Below are positions 9,550-18,322 of a stretch of DNA of 43,284 nucleotides, piece after piece. The stretch lies in the NCBI GenBank assembly GCA_964411235.1, contig CAYPKE010000001.1:1-43284 (forward strand), written 5' to 3'. Numbering within the stretch: position 1 is the first letter of the stretch; each line of letters starts with the position of its first letter. The notes below the pieces were generated by a model. The model was given only the letters and a program-made list of their open reading frames with translations. It was not told the DNA's origin and made no database searches. The DNA is from an uncultured Syntrophales bacterium (GTDB taxonomy: Bacteria > Desulfobacterota > Syntrophia > Syntrophales > JAAYKM01). A program made the position numbers and the translations under genes.

Positions 9550-10413
9550 ATGAGCATAATGAAGAAGTATGGATACGGCGTTGTTCTTTGCCTGGCGATT
9601 CTCGTGCTTTGCCTGAGCGGTGCCTACGCGGCCGGCGGCAGCAGGATCACGGCCTTCTGCGGCGCTGCCAGCGAGGTGCCCATGGAAGAGGCGGCCAAGG
9701 TGTTTGAGGCCAGGACGGGGACCAAGGTCGAGCTGATCTGGGGCGGGTCCGGCAGTGTCATGTCTCAGATGAAGCTGTCGAGGCGGGGTGACCTTTTCAT
9801 TCCGGGTTCTCCCGATTATATGGACATGGCCATTGCCCAGGGTTTGGTCGAGGCAGATTCGGTGAAAATCATCGCCTATCTGGTGCCGACCATCAACGTC
9901 CAGAGGGGAAACCCCATGAAAATCAGGGAACTGAAGGATCTGGCCCGGCCGGGTGTCCGGGTGGCCATCGGCAATCCGGAATACGTCTGCGTTGGCCTTT
10001 ACGCGGTGGAAATCCTCGATAAGAACGGTTTGCTGAAGGCGGTGGAAAAGAACATCGTGACCCATGCGGCCAGCTGCTCTGCCACGGCGGGGCTGATCAA
10101 TCTGAAAAAAGTGGATGCCATTTTGGGGTGGAACGTTTTTGAACAGTGGAATCCCGGCAAGACCGAGTCGATCTATCTGCAACCGGAGCAGGTGCCGCGC
10201 CTGGCGTACATCCCCGCGGCGATTACCAAAAATTTCGCAACAAACCGGGCGGCTGCGCAGGCATTCATCGATTTCCTGATTTCCTCCGAAGGGCAGGCCA
10301 TTTTTACAAAGTACGGCTATCCCGCTTCCGAAAAAGAGGTTCGTAACTACGCCCCGAAAGCGCAAATCGGCGGCGAATATAAACTTCCCCAGGAATACCG
10401 TCCGTCTCTTTAG
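9550..10413 (+). CDS. molybdate/tungstate ABC transporter substrate-binding protein (ModA/WtpA family)
   Basis: Signal peptide MKKYGYGVVLCLAILVLCLSGAYA is followed by AFCGAAS...WGGSGSV...GDLFIPGSPDYMD, typical of oxyanion-binding ModA/WtpA proteins. The start is ambiguous between ATG 9550 and ATG 9559. Confidence 0.8.
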   Translation: MSIMKKYGYGVVLCLAILVLCLSGAYAAGGSRITAFCGAASEVPMEEAAKVFEARTGTKVELIWGGSGSVMSQMKLSRRGDLFIPGSPDYMDMAIAQGLVEADSVKIIAYLVPTINVQRGNPMKIRELKDLARPGVRVAIGNPEYVCVGLYAVEILDKNGLLKAVEKNIVTHAASCSATAGLINLKKVDAILGWNVFEQWNPGKTESIYLQPEQVPRLAYIPAAITKNFATNRAAAQAFIDFLISSEGQAIFTKYGYPASEKEVRNYAPKAQIGGEYKLPQEYRPSL

Positions 10414-10433
10414 AGTCGGCAGAAAGTCCATTT

Positions 10434-11249
10434 ATGCATGCATCACGGGTTTATAAGGGAATCGGCGGTGAAGGGGTTTTTCGGGCCGCCACCTTCGGGG
10501 CGCTGGCCCTGCTGTGCCTTTTTCTGATTACCATATTGGGTTCGCTCTTCACCTACACGGATTGGGCCACCATGGCGAAAACCCTTTTCTCCCATGAGAT
10601 CTTCAGGGCCATCCGTCTGAGCATGGTAACTGCCACCATCGCCACTTTTTTTGCCGTGCTTTTGGGCGTACCCGCCGCCTATGCCATTTCTCAGGCGAAT
10701 TTTCGCGGGAAAGCTGTGGTCGACACGATTCTTGATCTGCCGATCGTCGTCTCCCCTGTGGCTCTGGGTGCGGCCCTGCTTGTATTTTTCAATAACCCCG
10801 TGGGAATGGGGATTGAAAAGTACTTCATAAGGTTTGTTTTCGAAGTGCCGGGGATTGTCCTGGCGCAGTTTACCGTTGTCAGCGCCCTGACGGTGCGCCT
10901 GATGAAAACCGCTTTCGACGGGATCGATCCCCGCTATGAACAGGTCGGGCGCACCCTGGGATGCAGCAAACTGGCTGTCTTCTTCCGGGTAACCCTTCCC
11001 ATGGCCAGAAACGGCCTGGTTGCAGCGTGCGTTCTGACCTGGGCCCGTGCGATAGGTGAATTTGGGGCGACCATCACCCTGGCGGGGGCCATGAAATCGA
11101 AAACAGGAACCCTGCCGGTGATGATTTTCTTAAATCTTTCGACGGCTGAGATTGAAAAAGCAATTGCCGTCATCATAACCTTGGTTGCCATTGCAGTTGC
11201 CTCCCTGCTGCTGATCAGGAAAATCGGGGGAAGGTCTTATTCCGTATGA
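10434..11249 (+). CDS. molybdate/tungstate ABC transporter permease
   Basis: Polytopic membrane protein with the EAA-type loop EQVGRTLGCSKLAVFFRVTLPMARNGL, typical of ModB/CysT-type permeases. Confidence 0.85.
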   Translation: MHASRVYKGIGGEGVFRAATFGALALLCLFLITILGSLFTYTDWATMAKTLFSHEIFRAIRLSMVTATIATFFAVLLGVPAAYAISQANFRGKAVVDTILDLPIVVSPVALGAALLVFFNNPVGMGIEKYFIRFVFEVPGIVLAQFTVVSALTVRLMKTAFDGIDPRYEQVGRTLGCSKLAVFFRVTLPMARNGLVAACVLTWARAIGEFGATITLAGAMKSKTGTLPVMIFLNLSTAEIEKAIAVIITLVAIAVASLLLIRKIGGRSYSV

Positions 11250-12298
11250 TCGAAGTTACCGATATGAGGGTCCGCCTGGGGAAATTTACCCTGGGGGATG
11301 TGAACCTGAAAATCCGGGAAGGAGAATATTTCGTTATCCTGGGGCCGACCGGTGCGGGCAAGACGGTCATTCTGGAGGCGATTGCCGGCCTCTGCCGTAT
11401 CCGGCGGGGAAACATCCGCATCAATGGCGAGGATGCGACGAATATGCCCCCGGAGCGCCGCCGCATCGCCTATGTCCCCCAGGACTACGCCCTGTTCCCT
11501 TTCCTGAATGTGCGCGACAATATCCGCTTCGGGCTCTCGAGAAACCAGTCCGACCGTGATGCAACGGAACGGCAGGTGAATCATCTCGCCTCCATGCTGG
11601 GCATTTCACCGATTCTGGAACGTCAGGTCGGAAATCTCAGCGGGGGTGAAAAGCAGCGGGTTTCTCTCGCCAGGGCCCTGGCTACCTCTCCCCGGATTTT
11701 ACTTCTGGATGAGCCCTTAAGCAGCCTGGACGTCACCACCGCCAAATATCTCCGGCTGGAGCTGCGGCGTTTTCACGAAGAGCTGGGGATTACCACCATC
11801 CACGTGACCCATAATCTCATGGAGGCGGAGGAACTGGCTGATCGGATTGCCATCATCGACAGGGGAAAAATCGAGCAGGTTGGCACAAGGGAGGAAATTT
11901 TTCTTTCTCCTTGCAACGAAACGGTATGTAATTTCATCGGGACGCCGAATATTCTGATCTGTGAAAAGTGTTCTGATATAGGCCATGGGCTCATCGAAGC
12001 GGTTTGCGGCGGAATGCCGATCATTCTTCCCTACGAGGGGGTTGAAGTGCGCAAGCTTGCTCTCTTGCCGCGCGACATTTACGTTTCCGGCATCAATCCT
12101 CCGGGCCCCCCTTTGAACCGGTTTCTTGGTTTGGTGACGGATGTAAAGACTGTTTCATCCCTGGCACGGTTGAAGGTCCGGGTGGGAGAGAATGACCTGC
12201 TGACGGAGATGCCCCGGGCGGCACTGGAAGAAATGGGGATTGTCGTGGGGCAGGAAGTGCATCTGATTCTGAAGATCCGTGGTATCCGCGTTGTTTAG
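11246..12298 (+). CDS. ABC transporter ATP-binding protein with C-terminal TOBE/Mop-like extension
   Basis: Walker A GPTGAGKT, signature LSGGEKQR, Walker B LLLDEP, plus about 110 additional C-terminal residues. ATGA start/stop overlap with the permease gene. Confidence 0.9.
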   Translation: MIEVTDMRVRLGKFTLGDVNLKIREGEYFVILGPTGAGKTVILEAIAGLCRIRRGNIRINGEDATNMPPERRRIAYVPQDYALFPFLNVRDNIRFGLSRNQSDRDATERQVNHLASMLGISPILERQVGNLSGGEKQRVSLARALATSPRILLLDEPLSSLDVTTAKYLRLELRRFHEELGITTIHVTHNLMEAEELADRIAIIDRGKIEQVGTREEIFLSPCNETVCNFIGTPNILICEKCSDIGHGLIEAVCGGMPIILPYEGVEVRKLALLPRDIYVSGINPPGPPLNRFLGLVTDVKTVSSLARLKVRVGENDLLTEMPRAALEEMGIVVGQEVHLILKIRGIRVV

Positions 12299-12374
12299 GG
12301 CGATACACCTCGCTACGGAAATACGGGGAGGCGCCATGCCCGTGAGGACGGGTTCGGCATATTGAGGGAAAAAC

Positions 12375-13106
12375 ATGGGTACATCCGATTCTTGTTCGAT
12401 TTTTACGCCTGCAGCCCTGTTCGGGGATGACATGCCGGCGGTTTTGGATATGATTGCCGATCATTCTCCCTTTCCCCGGGGCAAGGGCGGCGACAGCAAG
12501 TGGGCGGCGAAGCTGCATGCCGCCCGGATCCATCTGAGTGAAACGGTTTATTTCGGCCAAATCGCTTACCGGGATCTTGAGCCGCACAGGACCGTTGAAG
12601 TTTGTTCCGGGTACGGCCTTCCCACGCTGACCATGATGAAACGGTTCGGAACTGCCGGCGTCTGCGTGGATACCGACGATGAGGGGCTGGCTGTGGGAAG
12701 GGTGATCGCCGAGAAACTGGGGATGCGGATCGACCAGGTGCGGGAGGATCTTTTTTCATACCTCAGGCGAGAGGGTGCGGCCCTCCGGGGAAAGACGCTT
12801 CTGGCGACGGCGGCCTTCTGCTGCGACCAGGAACAGGGGCGCCCTCCGGGAAGCGGAGAGGGGGACCTGGTCGACCTGGCGGTCTCCCTGGAGATGGATC
12901 TGGCCATTCTGCCCTACCGCAGCGGCGAAACCATGCGAACCGGTATTTCACAGGAAAAGAAACGCCTCGATGCTTATCAGAAACGGCTGGGAACGGCCGG
13001 ATACCGGGTCAGGCGTCATCCCACCCGGGGCATCCTGCCCCAGGGGGGCGCTCCCGACTGGTTTTATCTTGAAATTCTGACGGCCGGCAAAGTCCATCCG
13101 GATTGA
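12375..13106 (+). CDS. hypothetical protein, possibly Rossmann-fold methyltransferase-like
   Basis: 243-aa ORF with GAGGGA upstream. VEVCSGYGLP followed by GVCVDTDD resembles MTase motif I and the post-I acidic strand. No family recognised. Confidence 0.55.
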   Translation: MGTSDSCSIFTPAALFGDDMPAVLDMIADHSPFPRGKGGDSKWAAKLHAARIHLSETVYFGQIAYRDLEPHRTVEVCSGYGLPTLTMMKRFGTAGVCVDTDDEGLAVGRVIAEKLGMRIDQVREDLFSYLRREGAALRGKTLLATAAFCCDQEQGRPPGSGEGDLVDLAVSLEMDLAILPYRSGETMRTGISQEKKRLDAYQKRLGTAGYRVRRHPTRGILPQGGAPDWFYLEILTAGKVHPD

Positions 13107-13109
13107 AAT

Positions 13110-13136
13110 GATTTCATCTTCATAACCGATGAAATC
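13110..13136. repeat. perfect 9-bp inverted repeat GATTTCATC-N9-GATGAAATC
   Basis: Arms at 13110-13118 and 13128-13136 are exact reverse complements. The repeat starts 4 nt after the stop of the 12375..13106 ORF. It is AT-rich and has no following T-run. Confidence 0.6.
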
Positions 13137-13213
13137 GGATAGCTACGGATCAAACTCCGGATTTCGTTCGTGATACGTGACGGTGCCGCGAAAGAGAAGA
13201 AAGGAGTGCTCCC

Positions 13214-13318
13214 ATGACCAAAGACCGGGTAACCCGCCGGCAGAAGGATGTGTCCCGTCTTTTGCGCGAGAAAAAGCAGCTGCAGAAAGAACGCATCAAG
13301 AGCCGGAAAAAGAAATAA
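13214..13318 (+). CDS. candidate small ORF: 34-aa highly basic peptide MTKDRVTRRQKDVSRLLREKKQLQKERIKSRKKK
   Basis: ATG 13214 lies 7 nt after a consensus AAAGGAG. The ORF is below the track's length cutoff, and about half its residues are K/R. Coding status is unproven. Confidence 0.3.
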   Translation: MTKDRVTRRQKDVSRLLREKKQLQKERIKSRKKK

Positions 13319-13370
13319 GGCGGGTTCGAAACTTCGGGTGTCCCCGGTCCCTTTCGTGTCTCTTTTAAAA

Positions 13371-13925
13371 TTACAGGATAAACGGAATGAACATCCGGCT
13401 CTGTTGCATGTATTGCCGGTATGCCTGGCCGAAACGGTCGATGTTTTCCCTTTCTTCCACCTTGGCGGTTGCGAAAAGAAAGATGGTAACGGCTGCGGCG
13501 AGGCAAAGACTGACGGGACCGGGATTCTTCATTGCGACCCCCCAAGCTAAAAGGATGACGGACATGTACATGGGGTGACGGATAAAGCGGAAGGCGCCAA
13601 CCCTGAGCAGGCGGGTCGTGTTCTCAAAAGCGAGATTGGGTGAATGGGGTGAAGCCCCTTCGGAGAGCCCCAGAATGAGCATCAGATCGGCGCTGTGGAT
13701 AATCAGCATCAGGGAGCATAGCAACAAAGGCCAGGAGAGGCTCTGGTTCCAGGAAAAGGGATCACGGAACCAGAAGGGCAGGTTTAAAACGACGAGGATC
13801 AGCAGGAGTTCGAAGGCGATGAAGCGGTAAAAACCGTGACACCGGTGATCCTTCAGGGATTTCCTGGATGCGGCGATGATGATCGATGACCCGATCAGGA
13901 TCAGGAAAAGCGAAACGAATAACAT
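13371..13925 (-). CDS. isoprenylcysteine carboxyl / phospholipid methyltransferase family membrane protein
   Basis: Polytopic 184-aa protein. The C-terminal GAFRFIRHPMY...EERENIDRFGQAYRQY matches the ICMT/PEMT signature. Confidence 0.8.
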   Translation of the reverse strand: MLFVSLFLILIGSSIIIAASRKSLKDHRCHGFYRFIAFELLLILVVLNLPFWFRDPFSWNQSLSWPLLLCSLMLIIHSADLMLILGLSEGASPHSPNLAFENTTRLLRVGAFRFIRHPMYMSVILLAWGVAMKNPGPVSLCLAAAVTIFLFATAKVEERENIDRFGQAYRQYMQQSRMFIPFIL

Positions 13926-14067
13926 GGTTTTTTTCCGTAGCCGGCGTGATCCGCGCCAGTTTTTGTTTTTCTCCCGGTGACCTGCCGGGGTGTTTTGCGT
14001 TGTGCGACGGTGTTTCGAAGCTATGGGATACGGTCAGGCCGCGCCGGACCTGGTCGTTACCATGACT

Positions 14068-15021
14068 TTATTTACCCGAGTTTCTTCCCAAAAACAGTCC
14101 GTCCCGGTAGCCCTGGATGTCCCGGCATCGATGCGCCATGGCAAGCCTTTTTTCGGCGAGACATGCATAATCCCGGTCAATTTCGATTCCCGTATAGCGA
14201 CGTCCCAGTTTGCACGCAACCACGGAGGTCGTGCCTGACCCCAGAAAAGGATCCAGAACGACATCTCCCGGATTTGATCCGGCCAGAATGATCCGGGCGA
14301 GCAGTTTTTCCGGTTTCTGTGTCGGGTGATCCGTATTTTCCGGCATGGACCAGAAGGGGACCGTCATGTCCGTCCAGATATTGGACGGGTATGTGATGCG
14401 CCAGGGGCCTTCCGGCGCATCGACCCAGTCTTTCGGTTCTCCGGCGGTGTTCCGGTAGGGTGCGATCACCCGGCGTTTTATTTTCACGGCCTCGACATTA
14501 AAAACATAGCGGTCCGACATCGTGGCGAACCAGATATCCTCACTGTTGCTTTTCCAGTTGGTTCGAGTCCCGCGTCCCTTTTCGCGCTCCCAGGTGATCC
14601 GGTTGCGGATTCTGAAATGCCTGCTCAGGACGCGATTGATCGCCGCAGAGGAAGACCAGTCACAGCAGATGTAGACGGAAGCCGTCTCCTTGAGCAGTCT
14701 GGGCAATTTGCCGATCCAGGTTTCCAGCCAGTTTTCGTAGGCATCAGGGCTGATCTTGGCGAAAGTCTTCCCATTGTAAGACTTGTTCAGGTTATAGGGG
14801 GGATCAGCGAAGAGAAGATCGACGAAATGTTCAGGCAGCAGATCGAGGGCTTCCAGTGTGTCCTGGCACAGCGTCGCGTTCAAGACTTCCGTGGGTTCCA
14901 CGGGCATTATGAGGCATTTGAGCCTTTTTCCATACAAAATCAGCTCTTCATCGTTAAGAGCGATGGTGCGGTTGCGTGACGCGCGCTGTTTTCTTTCCGT
15001 CTTCATGGAGGGGACTGGCAT
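14068..15021 (-). CDS. beta-class DNA methyltransferase (N6-adenine/N4-cytosine family, DPPY type), no adjacent restriction gene
   Basis: Motif IV FADPPYNL is N-terminal, HPTQKPE is central, and motif I DPFLGSGTTSVVA is C-terminal. This order is the beta-class (CcrM/HinfI-like) arrangement. Start is ATG 15021 or 15006; neither has a good SD. Confidence 0.88.
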   Translation of the reverse strand: MPVPSMKTERKQRASRNRTIALNDEELILYGKRLKCLIMPVEPTEVLNATLCQDTLEALDLLPEHFVDLLFADPPYNLNKSYNGKTFAKISPDAYENWLETWIGKLPRLLKETASVYICCDWSSSAAINRVLSRHFRIRNRITWEREKGRGTRTNWKSNSEDIWFATMSDRYVFNVEAVKIKRRVIAPYRNTAGEPKDWVDAPEGPWRITYPSNIWTDMTVPFWSMPENTDHPTQKPEKLLARIILAGSNPGDVVLDPFLGSGTTSVVACKLGRRYTGIEIDRDYACLAEKRLAMAHRCRDIQGYRDGLFLGRNSGK

Positions 15022-15024
15022 GGA

Positions 15025-15630
15025 TTAAAGCGAAACTGGTGATTGCAAATGTCGACACAGGGTCTTCGTGTCCAGAATATGGGCGAAGCCGTAGGCCAGG
15101 TTTTTGAGGGAGGCGATATGAAGCTCCTCCGCCACCGCCGCCGTGGCGTCGGAAAGAAAAAAGACACGGTAGTCCCTCATGAAGGCGTCCCGTGCCGTTG
15201 TTTCACAGCAGCAGTTGGTAAGTAAGCCGCAAATAATGACGTCTTCAACGCCCCATTGATGCAGCACGTCATCCAGTTTCGTCTGGAAAAAAGCGCTGTA
15301 GCGATTCTTCTCGATCACCACTTCACCTGGCTGGGGGGAGAGAGAGGCAATAAGTTGCCATCCCGGACTGTTGCAATGAATGGCCTGTCCCCACCACGGT
15401 ACCAGGCGTCCACCGTCTTTGACCGAGTCCGCGTGGCCGTGACGTGTAAATAGAACACGGATGCCTGCGGTGCGGCAGGCGTTAATGACGGATGCCACCT
15501 GATGAAGAATCGTTTCGGCGATCGAAACGAAATGCTCCTGCATGTCGATTACCAGCAGCGCGGCTTTGCCTAGATCGGGCAAAGCTTGGCGGTTGTACAT
15601 GTCCACGTCGGGAAGATAGGTCCGTTCCAT
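15025..15630 (-). CDS. isochorismatase-family cysteine hydrolase
   Basis: ALLVIDMQEHF (Asp), EKNRYSAF (Lys) and LLTNCCCETTARDA (Cys) give the catalytic triad pattern of the family. Confidence 0.88.
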   Translation of the reverse strand: MERTYLPDVDMYNRQALPDLGKAALLVIDMQEHFVSIAETILHQVASVINACRTAGIRVLFTRHGHADSVKDGGRLVPWWGQAIHCNSPGWQLIASLSPQPGEVVIEKNRYSAFFQTKLDDVLHQWGVEDVIICGLLTNCCCETTARDAFMRDYRVFFLSDATAAVAEELHIASLKNLAYGFAHILDTKTLCRHLQSPVSL

Positions 15631-15677
15631 GCGGGGGTGCTCCTGATGAAGGCCAGTCCGATTGAAACCACCGGATT

Positions 15678-16055
15678 TCAGGACTCGCAGCTTTGAGATT
15701 GGAGGTGGATGACATTATCCTCATGTTTGGACATGGAGGATCGGCCGTCGAATAGGCCGCCTTCAGCGATTGTTAATTTGGCTGCCTGAATATCACCCGT
15801 TACCCGTCCCTTGACCTCGATTTCCACGATTTCCTTCGCTTCGATCGTGCCTGTCAGCTGTCCGCCGATGACGACACCCCGGGCGATGACGTTGCCGTTG
15901 ACGGAAGAATGTTCCCCGAGGATCACCCAATCCGCCGTGATGTTTCCCTCCAGTTGGCCGTCGATCCGCAGGGTCCCTTTTGAATCGATATCTCCCCTGA
16001 GGAATGATCCGGAGCCGATAAACGATTCCAGTTTCTTGGTGTTTCTGTGAAACAT
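15678..16055 (-). CDS. bactofilin (polymer-forming cytoskeletal protein)
   Basis: 125 aa with the repetitive beta-helix pattern GDIDSKGTLRIDGQLEGNI...VNGNVIARGVVIGGQLTGTIEA...VKGRVTGDIQA. Its ATG directly abuts the stop codon of the upstream M23 gene. Confidence 0.88.
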   Translation of the reverse strand: MFHRNTKKLESFIGSGSFLRGDIDSKGTLRIDGQLEGNITADWVILGEHSSVNGNVIARGVVIGGQLTGTIEAKEIVEIEVKGRVTGDIQAAKLTIAEGGLFDGRSSMSKHEDNVIHLQSQSCES

Positions 16056-16901
16056 TTACGAGCCTCCCGTAACATATTGGAATGGATTGACTGCTTGACC
16101 GTATTTCCAGATCTCGTAATGGACGTGGGGACCGGTCGAATTTCCCGTCGACCCGACATAACCGATGACCTCCCCCCTTTTGACTTTCTGACTCAGCTTG
16201 ACCAGATTTTGCTTGTTGTGGGCGAAAAACGTTGCGTAACCGCGACCGTGTTCCAGGACGATCAGGTTCCCGTTGGCGCCACTCCGACCGGAAAAACTTA
16301 CAATACCATCAGCGGTCGCTAAGATGGGGGTTCCCGCGGGGGCGGCCAGATCGATTCCCGAATGAAATTCCTTATGTCGATGCCCGGGCTTGGTTCTCAT
16401 GCCGTAGCGAGAGGAAATGTACCCTTCGACAGGAAACCCCCTGGGCGTGGAAAGGTGGATATCTCGTTGCTCGTGAAGGTAATCCTTGATTTCGACCACC
16501 GTTTCGATGGTGGTTTGAATTTGTAATTTTAATTTTTCCAGATCGATCGAGCCGCTGTCAGGCGGATCCATACTTTCAAGCACTTCCTGTTTTGTTTCCA
16601 GTGAAAAAAGCCGCTTGAAGGTGATTTTGTCCTGTTCGAGTGAAGCAACCAAGCGGTTGATTTCGCTGAATTCCCTTCCGTATTGACTTACCTGGTCCTG
16701 GAGACGATAGTATTCCACCGTTCGGACGGCCATGGAAAAGACGGAGGCGACGCCGAGACAAGACAGAACCAGCACTGTCAGAATGACCATGAAAGGAATC
16801 TTCAGGTTGACGGGCCTGGTTTTGCTGTGGGGAATCAGCATGATGGTAATCGGTGTAAAAACCTTTTTCCCCCATCCCCTCATTTTGCGAAAGTTCAGCA
16901 C
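16056..16901 (-). CDS. M23 (LytM) family metallopeptidase with N-terminal TM and coiled coil
   Basis: HSGIDLAAPAGTPI and GSTGNSTGPHVHYEIW supply the HxxxD and HxH zinc ligands. GGAGG lies 5 nt upstream of ATG 16901. Confidence 0.9.
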   Translation of the reverse strand: MLNFRKMRGWGKKVFTPITIMLIPHSKTRPVNLKIPFMVILTVLVLSCLGVASVFSMAVRTVEYYRLQDQVSQYGREFSEINRLVASLEQDKITFKRLFSLETKQEVLESMDPPDSGSIDLEKLKLQIQTTIETVVEIKDYLHEQRDIHLSTPRGFPVEGYISSRYGMRTKPGHRHKEFHSGIDLAAPAGTPILATADGIVSFSGRSGANGNLIVLEHGRGYATFFAHNKQNLVKLSQKVKRGEVIGYVGSTGNSTGPHVHYEIWKYGQAVNPFQYVTGGS

Positions 16902-17349
16902 ATTGACCTCCTATCCGAATGCGCGGCCCGTGAGCCGTCAATTCGAGTTGATGAAAGTGATGTGTATGAAGCCTTCCCCGGAAATTCTTGATTGCGCGAT
17001 CCTGAGGTCCACAGCGGCAAGAAAATGATGTTCAGGTCAATCATATTGCAAAGAATAATTCAAGTCTTTTAATGCCCCGGAAGTGTAATAAAAGTTTCCG
17101 TTGCAATGCGGTTGTTGAAGGAAAAGAAAACATGACCGCTTTTTAACGGCCTTCGCAGGACAAAAGGAATAATTTCACATCTGGGTTTGATGATCGTGAC
17201 CCCTTTCCCCTGCAGCCTTGCATTATTGAGCCGGGTACACACCGGAAATCAGGAAACCGTGAAAGAAAGCACCTCGATCTTGCCGGTCATGGGCATCACG
17301 GTCTGTCTCTCTTACTTGGTCCTTAAGCAATGCGAGTCGTGCAATTCCA

Positions 17350-17378
17350 TTGACAGGCATCTTGCCTTCTCATATATT
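17350..17378 (+). promoter_or_regulatory. sigma70-type promoter candidate for aguB-aguA (TTGACA-N17-TATATT)
   Basis: TTGACA at 17350-17355, 17-nt spacer, TATATT at 17373-17378, about 55 nt upstream of ATG 17438. Confidence 0.6.
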
Positions 17379-17437
17379 GGGCAAAATTGTTCAGCCCTTT
17401 GTGAGGGCCCTTCCCCCGAAGATCAGGTAAAAGCGGT

Positions 17438-18322
17438 ATGACGGCGTCAAGAAGAATCAAGGTCGGTATGGTCCAGGCAGCCTGTGTGGCGGACACCGAA
17501 GCGAACATGGGCAAGGCTGTGGCGGGTATACGCCGGGCAGCCGACGGCGGGGCCCGGATTGTCTGTCTGCAGGAGCTTTTCCGCTCTCTTTATTTTTGCG
17601 TTTCAGAGGATTATGCTCCGTTTGGTCTTGCCGAGAGCGTACCAGGACCGACGACGGAACAACTGCAGGGCTTGGCGAAAGAACTGGGCGTCGTCATTGT
17701 CGCCTCCCTTTTCGAAAAGCGCACTGCAGGTCTTTATCATAACACCGCCGCCGTCATCGACGCCGATGGCGCCTACCTGGGCAAATACCGGAAAATGCAC
17801 ATACCCGACGATCCCTCCTTCTATGAGAAGTTTTATTTCACGCCCGGTGACCTGGGGTTCAGAACCTTCAAAACACAAGCGGGGACCCTCGGGGTGCTGA
17901 TCTGCTGGGACCAGTGGTATCCGGAGGCGGCGCGGCTGTCCGCCCTCATGGGGGCCGAAGTGATTTTTTATCCGACGGCAATCGGTTGGGCGGACGGCGA
18001 AGATGCGCAAGTTTGCCGGAGCCAGTACGATGCCTGGCGGACGATACAGAGGGCCCACGCCATTGCCAACGGTATTCCCATCGTTTCGGTCAATCGTGTG
18101 GGAAAAGAAGGCAACATCACCTTCTGGGGCGCATCTTTTGCCGCCGATACTCTGGGGGAAGTGGTCTGCCAGTTGTCACACGATACGGACGAGGTGGCCG
18201 TGTTCGAAATCGATCTCGGGAAATCCGATGAAACACGCAAACACTGGCCTTTTCTCCGAGACCGCCGTATCGACGCCTATAAAGGCATTACCCGGCGCTT
18301 TATCGATAACGCTTCCGAATGA
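17438..18322 (+). CDS. aguB: N-carbamoylputrescine amidase (carbon-nitrogen hydrolase)
   Basis: Glu/Lys/Cys triad context (CLQELF, KYRKMHIPDDPSFYEKFYFTPGD, LICWDQWYPE) and translational coupling to the agmatine deiminase gene. Confidence 0.9.
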   Translation: MTASRRIKVGMVQAACVADTEANMGKAVAGIRRAADGGARIVCLQELFRSLYFCVSEDYAPFGLAESVPGPTTEQLQGLAKELGVVIVASLFEKRTAGLYHNTAAVIDADGAYLGKYRKMHIPDDPSFYEKFYFTPGDLGFRTFKTQAGTLGVLICWDQWYPEAARLSALMGAEVIFYPTAIGWADGEDAQVCRSQYDAWRTIQRAHAIANGIPIVSVNRVGKEGNITFWGASFAADTLGEVVCQLSHDTDEVAVFEIDLGKSDETRKHWPFLRDRRIDAYKGITRRFIDNASE

